Origin: Candidatus Omnitrophota bacterium
GTDB taxonomy: Bacteria; Omnitrophota; Gorgyraeia; Tantalellales; Tantalellaceae
Reading direction: 5' to 3'
DNA: 64,000 bases
Assembly (NCBI GenBank): GCA_015231405.1
Contig: JADGBR010000005.1
Location: 40,034 to 104,033, forward strand
In this document: piece after piece, positions 24,729 through 34,523 of the stretch
Position numbering within the stretch: position 1 is the stretch's first letter
Layout of the letters: every line of letters starts with the position of its first letter
Notes under the pieces: model-generated
Seen by the model: only the letters and a program-made list of their open reading frames with translations
Told to the model about the DNA's origin: nothing
The model's database searches: none
Program-made: the position numbers and the translations under genes

Positions 24729-25538
24729 TTACAGGACCACTATGGATAGGGAATTGGCGTCGGCCAACTGTACTGCGGCTTGTTTTTGTAGGAAGAACAT
24801 CTTGCCGGACTCGATCGCCAGGCATTTAAATTTATTGTCGATGAGCCGGGTTATAGTTTCCATCCCTATGGTGGGGACGTCCCATCTCATGTCCTGCTGC
24901 GGCCGGCCGGCCTTGATCATCACGCAACCGGCCCCGGCTATTTTTCCGGCCCTCTCGATAACTGCGTTAGTGCCCTCGGCGGCTTCGACTCCTATGACTA
25001 CGCCGTCCCGGACTATCACGGTCTGCCCTATATCGTGGCCGGCTATTTCTTTGGCGATACGGAACCCGTAGGCAATATCCTTGTCCATCGTCCCTGAGGG
25101 GTTGACATTGCCGAGAACCCCGGGCACCGGGATAAGATGCCCCAAATACTCCGAAGGGTCTACGACTTGTACCCCTACCTTTTTAAGTTTTTCCGTAACC
25201 TCGCGAAGTATCGAATAATCCCTTTTATTTACGGATCTTGCGAGTATCTCACCGGACTCTTCGTCATATTTTCCATGGCTGCCGTATATCAACCCGCGGG
25301 ATATGGCTCCAAGGAGAGCTATATGCCTGAGCTGCTCCTTGAGCATGAAAAACATCACCTTAGCGAACTCGCCGAAGTTGAGCCAGTAGACCTTGTCTGC
25401 TTCCTTCTCGATGTCCGGCGAGGTCACCCCGTTGACGGCAAAAACCGGTACCTGTATGCCGCGGCTTTTAACAGCACGTATAAACTCAAGCGGCAACTCA
25501 CCCGCCCCCGCAGCTAATCCTATTTTTTTTATTTCCAT
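24729..25538 (-). CDS. lpxI: UDP-2,3-diacylglucosamine pyrophosphatase LpxI (DUF1009 family)
   Basis: MEIKKIGLAAGAGELPLEFIRAVKSRGI... matches the LpxI N-terminus; start set at ATG 25538, preceded by AAGGAA; the ORF-track start at 25610 would read through a repeat element. Confidence 0.7.
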   Translation of the reverse strand: MEIKKIGLAAGAGELPLEFIRAVKSRGIQVPVFAVNGVTSPDIEKEADKVYWLNFGEFAKVMFFMLKEQLRHIALLGAISRGLIYGSHGKYDEESGEILARSVNKRDYSILREVTEKLKKVGVQVVDPSEYLGHLIPVPGVLGNVNPSGTMDKDIAYGFRIAKEIAGHDIGQTVIVRDGVVIGVEAAEGTNAVIERAGKIAGAGCVMIKAGRPQQDMRWDVPTIGMETITRLIDNKFKCLAIESGKMFFLQKQAAVQLADANSLSIVVL

Positions 25539-25542
25539 ATTC

Positions 25543-25614
25543 CTTCGTTGTTCGTTGCCGGTTGTTTGTTGCCGGTTAACAGGCACCGGGCAACTGACAA
25601 CCGACCACAAACTT
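25543..25614. repeat. family C palindromic repeat (mirrored gttgccggttg heptad repeats)
   Basis: ttcgttgttcgttgccggttgtttgttgccggttaacaggcaccgggcaactgacaaccgaccacaaacttg; fills the fabZ stop to lpxI SD gap exactly. Confidence 0.7.
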
Positions 25615-25621
25615 GTTATCC

Positions 25622-26071
25622 CTACTTCTTGTCTACCACGCTAAACATGAGCTCTCCCTCGCAGATCACCTGCCCGTTCACCCGGACCTCACCCTTTGTT
25701 TTCACGATATTAGATCGGACGATTTTCAGGACTTCAACATAAAGCTCGAGCTGGTCTCCGGGAACAGCGGGTTTTCTGAACTTGACCTGGTCTATCGTCA
25801 TGAAAAAAGCAAGCTTTTCCCCGGTCCTCCCTTCCGAAACTATCGCGAGGATACCCCCAGCCTGAGCAAGCGCCTCTATCATAAGCACCCCCGGCATTAT
25901 AGGCTCGCCGGGGAAATGCCCCATAAAATGCGGCTCGTTAATCGTCACGTTCTTTATCGCCTTTATCCATTTCCCCGCCTCGTAATCTATGACCCTGTCT
26001 ACGAGAAGAAAGGGATACCTGTGCGGTATGCATGCCATTATCTGTTTTATGTCCAGTGTCTTTTCGCTCAT
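25622..26071 (-). CDS. fabZ: 3-hydroxyacyl-ACP dehydratase FabZ
   Basis: IPHRYPFLLVDRVIDYE...INEPHFMGHFPGEPIMPGVLMIEALAQAGG is the hot-dog fold FabZ signature. Confidence 0.9.
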   Translation of the reverse strand: MSEKTLDIKQIMACIPHRYPFLLVDRVIDYEAGKWIKAIKNVTINEPHFMGHFPGEPIMPGVLMIEALAQAGGILAIVSEGRTGEKLAFFMTIDQVKFRKPAVPGDQLELYVEVLKIVRSNIVKTKGEVRVNGQVICEGELMFSVVDKK

Positions 26072-26085
26072 TTTGTCCCCCTTGT

Positions 26086-26160
26086 GACGTCATCCCCGCG
26101 AAGGCGGGGATCACATGAAAATAATATTGTTTTTGTTTGATTCCCGCTTCCGCGGGAATG
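26086..26160. repeat. pair of GC-rich hairpins between the lpxC stop and the fabZ start
   Basis: ccccgcgaaggcgggg and attcccgcttccgcgggaat perfect stems; the gacgtcat motif is shared with family D. Confidence 0.5.
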
Positions 26161-26169
26161 ACTAACCAT

Positions 26170-27006
26170 TTACCTCGGCAAATATTTATCGTATATCTTC
26201 TCAACAAGCTCCGCATTCAACCTATGCCCGGACTTACACGCCGTCACGGCACCCTTGATCGGAATACCCAGAATATACAGATCCCCGACAAGGTCAAGTA
26301 TCTTGTGGCGCAGGGGCTCATTGGGGAACCTGAGGGTGTTCCCGACCGGCCCGTCATCCCCCATGACCAGGGTGTTCCCTAGATCCGCGCCCTTTCCGTA
26401 TCCGGCCGCGAGAAGCGCTTCCGCCTCACGTTTAAGGCAAAAAGTCCTGGCAGGGGCTATCTCTTTCTCGAAATTATCTCCGGTGAGATCTATTCCGAAA
26501 GTTTCTTTCCCGATGGAAGCGACGGGATAATCGATGGTGTATGACACCGAAAATCTGTCCGAAGGGCTTATCATGACGTAAGAATCGTCATTTCCAACCC
26601 GCACCGTTCCCGTGACCCGAAGAATGTTCTTCGTTTTTTCCTGATCGACCGGTCCGGCTTCTTTTACCGCTTTCAGGAACCCAAGAGCCGACCCGTCAAG
26701 CCCGGGTAGTTCAGGACCTCCGACTTCAACTATAACATTGTCCACTGATAAGGCCCATAACGCGGCCATAAAATGCTCGATAGTGTCTATCGCCCCTTCT
26801 CCTATCCCCACGGTCGTTCTCCTGGCGCCGGAAGAACCCGCAAGAACTTCCCCGAGCTTGAAGGATATCGGCTGGCTGAGATCCACGCGTCTGAACACTA
26901 TGCCCGTACCGGGGGGCGCTGGTTTCAAGGTCATCGAAACAAGCGCCCCCGTCTGTAAGGCTACACCCGTGATCTCAACGGATCGGGATATAGTTCTCTC
27001 GTCCAC
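26170..27006 (-). CDS. lpxC: UDP-3-O-acyl-N-acetylglucosamine deacetylase LpxC
   Basis: ITGVALQTGALVSMTLKPAPPGTGIVFRRVDL...HKILDLVGDLYILG...KSGHRLNAELV aligns with LpxC along its length. Confidence 0.9.
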   Translation of the reverse strand: MDERTISRSVEITGVALQTGALVSMTLKPAPPGTGIVFRRVDLSQPISFKLGEVLAGSSGARRTTVGIGEGAIDTIEHFMAALWALSVDNVIVEVGGPELPGLDGSALGFLKAVKEAGPVDQEKTKNILRVTGTVRVGNDDSYVMISPSDRFSVSYTIDYPVASIGKETFGIDLTGDNFEKEIAPARTFCLKREAEALLAAGYGKGADLGNTLVMGDDGPVGNTLRFPNEPLRHKILDLVGDLYILGIPIKGAVTACKSGHRLNAELVEKIYDKYLPR

Positions 27007-27560
27007 TATTGTTTGGGCTTAGCCGGTTCCTCGGCGGGTTTTGGTATGACCGCTCCGGGCTTGTTCAGCTCCACGAGGACCTTTTCCGTGAGGTCGTACT
27101 CTTCTTTCGCGAACATTATGTTCCTGGAATCAAGGATATAATCGTATCCCTCGGTCTTGCCAATATTGATGACAACCGCCTGGATGTCTTCAATAACTTC
27201 CTTGAACATATCGTTCTTCTTGGTAAGGAGCTCTTCCCTTGTCTTCTTGTCGAATTCGTTAAGCTCCGTTATCTTCGCGTCAAGTTCCTGCTGTTTAGCG
27301 GCCCTTGCCTGCTCGTTAAGGAGCTCGGCCTCATCCCTCAGCTTCCTGATAGCCGTCACCAGGTTACCCCTCTCATCGCTGCGGGTATTAGTCACCGCGT
27401 TAAGATCCTTGTCGTATGACTTGCTTTTCTCATATTCATAAAAAGCCCTACGGAGATCCACATACCCCAATTTCGCCTCAGCCGCAAAAGCGGGAACATT
27501 GGAACAAACCACAGCTATAACGGCAAACACACCACCCAAAACCCAAAATTTCCTACCCAT
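27006..27560 (-). CDS. skp: periplasmic chaperone Skp (OmpH family)
   Basis: Signal peptide, then a coiled-coil region rich in K/E/L; sits between bamA and lpxC as in many Gram-negatives. Confidence 0.75.
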   Translation of the reverse strand: MGRKFWVLGGVFAVIAVVCSNVPAFAAEAKLGYVDLRRAFYEYEKSKSYDKDLNAVTNTRSDERGNLVTAIRKLRDEAELLNEQARAAKQQELDAKITELNEFDKKTREELLTKKNDMFKEVIEDIQAVVINIGKTEGYDYILDSRNIMFAKEEYDLTEKVLVELNKPGAVIPKPAEEPAKPKQ

Positions 27561-27637
27561 ATCTCTCTCCTCCCTTTTTTCTTTTGTTTTTAATTTTACC
27601 GTGTTTCACCTCTATTCCACGTCATGACACGGTAAAA

Positions 27638-29968
27638 TTAAAAACCGTGGCTCATGCTGAAATAGAACTGCCCGGACTTCTTGTCCTGATAATTTTTGCT
27701 GAGCGGATATCCCCAATCCACCTTGATCGGCCCGATAGGGGTCTTGACCCGGACGCCCACACCGGCCCCGTGTTTCAGATCCTCTTCCTCCCTGAAAGGG
27801 CTCCCGATCATGTCATCGCCCAGCGACCATACGTTACCTACGTCATAGAACGTGGCTGCCTTGATGATGTTCTTATACACGGGCACCGTTACCTCTGCCG
27901 TCCCAAGCGTCAGGGCCTCGCCGCCTATAGCTTCATTCGAGGCTGAATCACGAGGACCTACCGCCCTTTCCTCATACCCTCTTATTGTCTCCGCGCCTCC
28001 GGCGAAAAACCTGTCGAATATCGGCACATAATCGCTGTCTCCGTAAGGGTTGACGAGCCCGCCGGCTCCCTTTAGCTCAAGCACCGCGAAATCGAAAAAT
28101 TCGTAAAAAATACTGGCATCGACCCGTTCCTTGAGGAAATCCTTGTCTCCGCCTATGAACCCGCCGGCGTTCTGCCCGGCGAGAGTCACAAGAACTCCCT
28201 CGGTAGGCGCGAACTTATTATCCCTCGTATCCAATGTAAGCTTACCGGTCACACGGCTGATAAGGTCCTCGCCGACCTCGCTCTTAAGCGCCGGCCCTGT
28301 CTCCTCAGGCATGTTCGATATCTTAACCTGTTCGAGGTTGTAAATGAGGCCCGCGTAAAGATACTCTGTGAGCTCCTTCCCCAGCCGAAGGCTTCCCCCG
28401 ATCCGCCTTTCATCGTAACCGTAACCTGACATACCTGACCTGTTGTGCTCTTCCCTGTAAAGATCGAAACCGAAAAGATAGGGATAATCGAATATCCACG
28501 GGTCGGTCCAGCTGAGCATGTAGTTGCTCATGGAACTTCCGATCTCTCCCCTTATCCTGAGGTCCTGCCCGCCGCCGGTGAAGGTCGGGAAACCGAGAAT
28601 GTCAAAATTCTTCTGCTCGATCTGGGCGAACCCTATGAAAGCGTCGACGGAAGAGTATCCGCCGCCGAAAGAGAACTCGCCGGTCTTGGTCTCCTTGACC
28701 GTAACGTTGAGGTCCTTGACCGAAGGATCATTGGTCGGGACCGGCTCGAGATACACATCCTCGAAATACCCCAGGTTGTATATCCTTTCCTTGCTCCTTC
28801 TCATCTTCTTTCCGTCATAAAGCTCCCCGGGAAAGAGCCTCACTTCCCTCCGGACCACCTTATCCCTGGTCTTGGTGTTGCCTATGACATTGACCTTTCC
28901 GACATAAACTTCGGCGTGGGAGTTCAGGGTATACGTCAGGGTCATGTCCCCTTTGTCCGGGTTGAATTTATGCCCAAGGTTGACCTCCGCGTTCATATAC
29001 CCCTTGTCGAAATAAAAGGTTTTTATCGCCTCAATGTCAGCTTTCATCATCTCATAGTCGAACGGGTCGCCCGGCTTCATTTTGATGCCTTTCCGGATAT
29101 CCTCCTCAGGGAACTTGAGATCCCCTCCGACAAGTATTTCCCCGACCTGGTATTGCTTCCCTTCGATCACGGTAAGAGTGATGTCCATTCCCTTGCCGTC
29201 GGCTATATAATCGATCTTGCTGTCGACTTTGACGTCCAGGAAGCCCTTGCTCCTGTAATAGGATTCAACCCTCGCCACGTCCGCGTAAAAAGCGTTCTCG
29301 TCGTACGCCCCCTTACGGATGAACCACCACGCCGTCTTGGTCGTCATCAGTTTCGAGAGCTCGCCCGACTTTACGCTCTTATTTCCCTCGAACTTGACGT
29401 GTTTAACCTTAAGGACCCCTCCTTCGTTGATAAGGAATACCAGCTTCGCGCTTTCCCCCTCATTAGACTGTTCCACCTTGTACTCGCATGTAGCCTTGTA
29501 ATAGCCCTCGCTGACGTAATAGGACTGTATCGCCGAAGTGTCCTGTGAGATCTGGTTGAGGTCAAGGAGATCCCCTTCTTTGATCGTTATCTTTTTCTTG
29601 AGCCGGTTCGCCTTGATCTTCGTATTGCCCCTGAACTCTATTTCCATTATGAGCGGTTTTTCCACCACCGTGAACACGACAATGACCCCGTCGGGGTGTT
29701 CCTCTATGTCGATGGTGACGTCGGCGAAAAAGCCAAGGCCGTAAAGCCTTTTCAGCTCTTTATTGAGCGCCGCCTCGTCATAGACGTCCCCCGCACTTAC
29801 TTTCAGCTTGTTCAGCACCGTATCCGTGCTTATGGAGGTATTACCCTTGACCTGGATATCCAGTATCCTCTTCCCTGCCGTCTGGGTGTAGGATGTCTCC
29901 GGGCCTATTGACGCGCAAAATACCACAACGACTATCGCGCTTACAATTCGTTTCATTTTCACCATCAA
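27638..29968 (-). CDS. bamA: outer membrane protein assembly factor BamA
   Basis: 776 aa; signal peptide, POTRA-like repeats, C-terminal surface-antigen beta-barrel region ...GVGVRVKTPIGPIKVDWGYPL...FYFSMSHGF ending in F. Confidence 0.85.
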   Translation of the reverse strand: MMVKMKRIVSAIVVVVFCASIGPETSYTQTAGKRILDIQVKGNTSISTDTVLNKLKVSAGDVYDEAALNKELKRLYGLGFFADVTIDIEEHPDGVIVVFTVVEKPLIMEIEFRGNTKIKANRLKKKITIKEGDLLDLNQISQDTSAIQSYYVSEGYYKATCEYKVEQSNEGESAKLVFLINEGGVLKVKHVKFEGNKSVKSGELSKLMTTKTAWWFIRKGAYDENAFYADVARVESYYRSKGFLDVKVDSKIDYIADGKGMDITLTVIEGKQYQVGEILVGGDLKFPEEDIRKGIKMKPGDPFDYEMMKADIEAIKTFYFDKGYMNAEVNLGHKFNPDKGDMTLTYTLNSHAEVYVGKVNVIGNTKTRDKVVRREVRLFPGELYDGKKMRRSKERIYNLGYFEDVYLEPVPTNDPSVKDLNVTVKETKTGEFSFGGGYSSVDAFIGFAQIEQKNFDILGFPTFTGGGQDLRIRGEIGSSMSNYMLSWTDPWIFDYPYLFGFDLYREEHNRSGMSGYGYDERRIGGSLRLGKELTEYLYAGLIYNLEQVKISNMPEETGPALKSEVGEDLISRVTGKLTLDTRDNKFAPTEGVLVTLAGQNAGGFIGGDKDFLKERVDASIFYEFFDFAVLELKGAGGLVNPYGDSDYVPIFDRFFAGGAETIRGYEERAVGPRDSASNEAIGGEALTLGTAEVTVPVYKNIIKAATFYDVGNVWSLGDDMIGSPFREEEDLKHGAGVGVRVKTPIGPIKVDWGYPLSKNYQDKKSGQFYFSMSHGF

Positions 29969-31320
29969 AATCCTTCCTCCGTTTCTAACCTGGCCAGGTT
30001 AGTGAATTTCGTGAACTCCTTCAGGAATGCCAGCTTGACATCCCCTACCGGGCCGTTACGCTGCTTTGCCACCACCACTTCCGCCACCCCCGCGTTCTCA
30101 TCGGTCGGCGTGTAATATTCTTCCCTGAAGAGCAAAAGAACGACGTCCGCGTCCTGCTCTATGGCTCCGGACTCGCGAAGGTCAGACAGCCTGGGTTTAT
30201 GGTCCTCTCTGTTCTCCGCCGCGCGGGAGAGCTGGCTTATAGCGATTATCGGCACGTCCAGCTCGCGGGCCAGCGACTTAAGCGCCCAGGAGATTTCCGT
30301 GATCTCCTGCTGGCGGTTCTCTTTCCTGGAGGACGACCTCATGAGCTGCAGATAGTCGAGCACGATGAACTGTATGTCGTGCTGTGCCTTGAGCCTCCTG
30401 CATTTCGCCCTCATCTCGAGAACGGATAAAGCCGCGGTATCGTCGATAAGTATCGGCGCTTCCGAAAGCTTCTGGGCCGCGTCAACAAGCTTCGGCCAAT
30501 CACTCTGGGATAGGAAGCCCGTCCTCACCTTATGCGCGTTGACTTTAGCTATGGAGCAGAGCATCCTCTGCGCCAGCTGCTCCTTGGACATTTCAAGGCT
30601 GAATATCACGCATGGCGTCTTAGCCACGACACCAATGTATTCCACCATGGATGTCGCGAACGCGCTCTTGCCCATTGACGGCCGGCCGGCGACCACTATT
30701 AGATCCGACCTCTGAAAACCCGCGGTCATTATATCCAGATCGTGGAAGCCCGAAGCGACACCCGTCACGTTCTCTTTCTTCTGGTAAAGCTTATCTATCA
30801 TCGCGATAGACCCTTTGACGATATCCTTCATCTCCGAGATGGACCTGCCTGTCTTCTGGGCAGATGTGATCTCGAATATGAGTTTTTCGGAGCGGTCGAG
30901 AAGTTCGTCGATGCTTATCGAAGCGTCGTAACTTTCCGATATTATCTGAGTGGCAGTGCTTATGAGCGTCCTGAGAAGATATTTTTCCCTGACTATCTTG
31001 GCGTAATATTCTATGTTGGCGGAGGTCGGGATAGCGTTGGCCAGATCAGCCACGAACGATGCACCGCCGACCTCGTCGAGCATCTCCTGTTTTTTCAACT
31101 CCTCGACCATGGTCACGATATCTATACCGCGGTTCTGGTCGTAAAGCTTGACGATGACCTGGTATATCCTGCGGTTGTTCTCGGAGTAAAAGGATTCCTC
31201 GGTAAGTACCTCGATCGCCCTGGCGATGGCCTCCCGGTCCAGAAGCATCGAGCCCAGGACGGCCGTTTCGGCTTCAAGGCTCTGCGGAGGTATCTTATCA
31301 ATAGTTTTCTGGGTGACCAT
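29965..31320 (-). CDS. dnaB: replicative DNA helicase DnaB
   Basis: AETAVLGSMLLD...GRPSMGKSAFATSMVEYI (Walker A)...ILIDDTAALS...IIAISQLSR; 4-nt overlap with bamA. Confidence 0.9.
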   Translation of the reverse strand: MVTQKTIDKIPPQSLEAETAVLGSMLLDREAIARAIEVLTEESFYSENNRRIYQVIVKLYDQNRGIDIVTMVEELKKQEMLDEVGGASFVADLANAIPTSANIEYYAKIVREKYLLRTLISTATQIISESYDASISIDELLDRSEKLIFEITSAQKTGRSISEMKDIVKGSIAMIDKLYQKKENVTGVASGFHDLDIMTAGFQRSDLIVVAGRPSMGKSAFATSMVEYIGVVAKTPCVIFSLEMSKEQLAQRMLCSIAKVNAHKVRTGFLSQSDWPKLVDAAQKLSEAPILIDDTAALSVLEMRAKCRRLKAQHDIQFIVLDYLQLMRSSSRKENRQQEITEISWALKSLARELDVPIIAISQLSRAAENREDHKPRLSDLRESGAIEQDADVVLLLFREEYYTPTDENAGVAEVVVAKQRNGPVGDVKLAFLKEFTKFTNLARLETEEGF

Positions 31321-31336
31321 ATTTATCGTTTAAAAT

Positions 31337-31464
31337 ATAGAATCCAGAATCCAGAATTCAGAATCCAGAATTTAGAATTATCAACGAACATCTTCTGAAT
31401 ATTTTTTCCAGGCAACTAGTTCCAAACCCGATTTTCTGGATTCTGGATTCTGAATTCCTAAATC
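31337..31464. repeat. family A palindromic repeat (mirrored gaatccagaa/ccagaatt octamer repeats)
   Basis: Left arm atagaatccagaatccagaattcagaatccagaatttagaatt; right arm attttctggattctggattctgaattcctaaatc; lies between the rplI stop and the dnaB start. Confidence 0.7.
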
Positions 31465-31468
31465 TCTA

Positions 31469-31912
31469 TTACTTCTTAATGACCCAGACCCTGATCTGTG
31501 TCTTTATCTCGGAATGCAGCTTGATCTCGACGTCGTAGACGCCAAGTGCCTTTATCGGCTCTCCAAGGATGACCTTGCGTTTATCTACTTTATGCCCCTC
31601 GGCAAGAAGCGATTCAACTATCATTTCGGAAGTTACTGAACCGTAAAGTTTATCCCCTTCCCCTGCCTCCATGGCAAGCGTCAGCGAAAGCCCTTGAAGC
31701 TTGGAAGAGAGCGCCTGGCTCTCTTCTTTTTCCTTTTTCACGGCAAGCTCGTGTTCCTTTATCTTTTTCTCGAGCAATTTCATCGCGGCAGGCGTAGCCT
31801 CGGCCGCCAACTTCTGAGGTAAAAGATAATTACGGGCGTATCCGTCCTTTACTTTAACTTTGGCCCCCATCACGCCCAGTTTTTCAACGTCTTGTAGAAG
31901 TATGACGTTCAC
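31469..31912 (-). CDS. rplI: 50S ribosomal protein L9
   Basis: MNVILLQDVEKLGVMGAKVKVKDGYARNYLLPQKLA is the canonical L9 N-terminus. Confidence 0.9.
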   Translation of the reverse strand: MNVILLQDVEKLGVMGAKVKVKDGYARNYLLPQKLAAEATPAAMKLLEKKIKEHELAVKKEKEESQALSSKLQGLSLTLAMEAGEGDKLYGSVTSEMIVESLLAEGHKVDKRKVILGEPIKALGVYDVEIKLHSEIKTQIRVWVIKK

Positions 31913-32165
31913 GCTGCACTCCTTGTTTTAACTTCACATAAGGTAAAAGCGCCGATATACGCGCTCTTTTAATACGGTTCGCTACCATCCTCTGGTGTTT
32001 CTGACAATTGCCGGAAACCCGCGAGGGGACGATCTTTCCCCTGTCGGAGATATACCTGTCAAGAAAATCCACGTCCGTAAAGTCTACGCTCTCGATCTTG
32101 TCGTGGCAAAGCCTGCACGGCTTTTTCTTGAATATCCTCTTGGTCAGTAATTTCTTTTTTTTCAT
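31884..32165 (-). CDS. rpsR: 30S ribosomal protein S18
   Basis: KKPCRLCHDKIESVDFTDVDFLDRYISDRGKIVPSRVSGNCQKHQRMVANRIKRARISALLPY. Confidence 0.85.
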   Translation of the reverse strand: MKKKKLLTKRIFKKKPCRLCHDKIESVDFTDVDFLDRYISDRGKIVPSRVSGNCQKHQRMVANRIKRARISALLPYVKLKQGVQRERHTSTRR

Positions 32166-32191
32166 ATTCGCCGCTCACTTTTTTCTTTAAG

Positions 32192-32650
32192 TTAAAATGG
32201 TATCTCCTCATCCCCGTTAGCCCCCGGACCTTTGTCAAAACCTCCGAACTCGGAATCCAGGTCTACAACATTATCCGCGGGGACATGTTTCGGACTTCCC
32301 TCGCGCGTATCCTTTTCTTTAGCGCCGATGAACTGAACGCTGTTAGCTATGACCTCGACGATCGAGTTCTTCTTCCCGTCCGGAGAGTCCCACGTCCTCG
32401 ATTGAAGCCTTCCCTCGACAAGCACCGCCCGGCCCTTCGCGAGGTATTCACCGCAAACTTCGGCCATTTTACCCCACACGACCACCCTTATGAAAGTCGC
32501 GTCCTCTTTCTTTTCTCCGGCTTTGTCTTTGTATACTCTGTTCACGGCTACAGTGAAATTCGCGACGGCCATACCGCTCGGGACATACCTTAACTCAGGG
32601 TCCCTGGTAAGGTTCCCCATAATAAAGACCTTGTTAAGACTGGCTGCCAT
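32192..32650 (-). CDS. ssb: single-stranded DNA-binding protein
   Basis: OB-fold N-terminus MAASLNKVFIMGNLTRDPELRYVPSGMAVANFTVAVNR and acidic tail ending DEEIPF. Confidence 0.9.
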   Translation of the reverse strand: MAASLNKVFIMGNLTRDPELRYVPSGMAVANFTVAVNRVYKDKAGEKKEDATFIRVVVWGKMAEVCGEYLAKGRAVLVEGRLQSRTWDSPDGKKNSIVEVIANSVQFIGAKEKDTREGSPKHVPADNVVDLDSEFGGFDKGPGANGDEEIPF

Positions 32651-32717
32651 GTTAACTCCTCTATTTAGCGGCTAGCGTTTAGTTACCACATCAACACTAA
32701 CCGCTGACCGCTATCAG

Positions 32718-33008
32718 CTATTTCTCCAAGCTAATTATCGTCCGCATTATATTTGTATTGATGTTACAAAGGCGTGAAATTTTAGTAATAGCAGAAGGCA
32801 CCGCTTCGAAAGCAAGGTTGTAATAAATAGCTTCGTTCTTCTTTTGCACGGGATAAGTGAGCCTTCTTTTACCCAAAACCTTCTCGTCAATGACATTTCC
32901 GGCGTTTTCCATGACTATGGCCTTTATCCCGCCCGTTACTTCATTCACGACCGGCTCTTTATCCGGATCCAACATGAATAACCCAGTATATTTTCTGCTC
33001 TTTTCCAT
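32718..33008 (-). CDS. rpsF: 30S ribosomal protein S6
   Basis: MEKSRKYTGLFMLDPD...RRLTYPVQKKNEAIYY; completes the conserved rpsF-ssb-rpsR-rplI operon order. Confidence 0.85.
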   Translation of the reverse strand: MEKSRKYTGLFMLDPDKEPVVNEVTGGIKAIVMENAGNVIDEKVLGKRRLTYPVQKKNEAIYYNLAFEAVPSAITKISRLCNINTNIMRTIISLEK

Positions 33009-33232
33009 TCAAACCGCCATTTCTTTAGTTATATTAGAAACCCCTCCACTCAAACAAACTATTTAAAACAATTACCCTTAGGCCTTAGAACATAGGACCC
33101 AGTAGAATACAATTCACCAACCGACATGCCTCCCGGGTCCTGAATTAAAATTCGGTATTTAAATTCCCGGCCACTTCCGCCGTTAAACACCGCATAAAGG
33201 TCTTTAAATAATAACACACCTCGTCCTATATA

Positions 33233-33790
33233 TCAACAATTATATTGCCTCATAGCCATCTCGGACCCTTTTTCGACCCAGAGATCAACACATCCTTCCG
33301 ACCTCTCGATAACTCCGGCCAAAACCCCCTTTTCCTGCCTCGAAAAGGGGGCTAGCACGTATGTGGCCTTATCCTCCGGAAGGGCTTCCTTTCCTACCCC
33401 GATCCTCAGCCTGGCAAAATCCACCCCAATATTCTCTATTAGGGATTTAAGACCGTTATGTCCCCCCGATGATCCGCCAGGTCTTATCCGCAATGAGCCC
33501 GTCATAAGATTGAAATCATCGCTTATAACCAACAACTCCTTGATGTCTATGCCCTTATCCTTAAGGAGAGCAAGGACCGCCATTCCTGAAAGGTTCATGT
33601 AGGTAAGCGGCTTAAAGAGCATTACCTCTTCGTCTTTAACCTTGCCGATACCATAGACACCATCATATGCCCTATGCCTTATCCTTATCCGATGCTTCCC
33701 GGCGAATGAGTCCAGGACCATGAATCCTATATTGTGCCTTGTATTCCTGTATTTGAACCCGGGATTGCCGAGACCTACTATGACTTTCAT
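33233..33790 (-). CDS. pth: peptidyl-tRNA hydrolase
   Basis: MKVIVGLGNPGFKYRNTRHNIGFMVLD...DDFNLMTGSLRIRPGGSSGGHNGLKS. Confidence 0.9.
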   Translation of the reverse strand: MKVIVGLGNPGFKYRNTRHNIGFMVLDSFAGKHRIRIRHRAYDGVYGIGKVKDEEVMLFKPLTYMNLSGMAVLALLKDKGIDIKELLVISDDFNLMTGSLRIRPGGSSGGHNGLKSLIENIGVDFARLRIGVGKEALPEDKATYVLAPFSRQEKGVLAGVIERSEGCVDLWVEKGSEMAMRQYNC

Positions 33791-33806
33791 ATTGAGACGA
33801 TCGTGA

Positions 33807-34508
33807 TTATTTCGCCTTTTCCTTCGGTTTTTCCGACTCCTCGCCCTCGCCCTCTTCGTCCTTCTTGCCCTTCTTTATCAATTCGGGTTCGGATTCAACC
33901 TCCGAGGCTAATCCTTCTTCGACAGGAGCGGCCTCTTCGGTATGCGGCGGGTTAATGCTCAAAAGAAGCTTTTCGGTATCCTCTTTAACGGTGACCCCGT
34001 TTATCGCCTTAAGGTCCTTCACATAAAGAGCGTCGTTGATATTGAGATTAGTGATATCGACGGTAAAGCTCTCCGGTTTATCCATGGCCATACACTCGAC
34101 CTCGATCTCCCACATGACAAGGTTGAGAACGCCTCCCGACGTAACGCCAGAAGCCGTACCTTTGATATGCACTGGAACCTTGATCCTTATGATCTCGGTC
34201 AGGGATATCTCGTGAAAATCCACGTGTATCACCTTGTCCTTAAGCGGGTCCGACTGGATCTCCTGGATGATGACCGTTTTCGGCTCAAGCTTTTTCGCGC
34301 CGTCCAGCATTTCAAGGGTCAATATCGAGTTCTCCCCCAACCCGGCCGAGAACGCGTGAAGGACTTCGGCCTCCTCCAGCGTGATCATGACGCCGTCCAC
34401 CCCGCCTTTGTATATCACGCCCGGGATCATTTTTTTCTTCCTGAGCTGTTTACAGGCTATGGTCCCCTTATCCTTCCTTAAATTCGCTTTCATTTTTATT
34501 TTTTCCAT
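33807..34508 (-). CDS. rplY: 50S ribosomal protein L25 / general stress protein Ctc
   Basis: L25-type N-terminal beta-barrel, then a C-terminal acidic/Lys-rich extension typical of Ctc-form L25. Confidence 0.8.
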   Translation of the reverse strand: MEKIKMKANLRKDKGTIACKQLRKKKMIPGVIYKGGVDGVMITLEEAEVLHAFSAGLGENSILTLEMLDGAKKLEPKTVIIQEIQSDPLKDKVIHVDFHEISLTEIIRIKVPVHIKGTASGVTSGGVLNLVMWEIEVECMAMDKPESFTVDITNLNINDALYVKDLKAINGVTVKEDTEKLLLSINPPHTEEAAPVEEGLASEVESEPELIKKGKKDEEGEGEESEKPKEKAK

Positions 34509-34523
34509 TACCCTTCTCCTTTT

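Noticed and set aside
24729-25610. ORF-track start of lpxI at 25610 (MWSVVSCPVPVNRQQTTGNEQRRN...)
   Set aside because: This N-terminal extension is translated from the family C palindromic repeat. The conserved LpxI N-terminus starts at MEIKKIGL (ATG 25538), which has its own AAGGAA SD.
28445-29548. 367-aa plus-strand ORF
   Set aside because: Antisense to bamA, whose product is recognisable along its whole length.
31337-31464. CRISPR array interpretation of the short tandem repeats (families A and C)
   Set aside because: Repeat units are only 7-8 nt with no spacers, arranged as a mirrored palindrome; no cas genes nearby.
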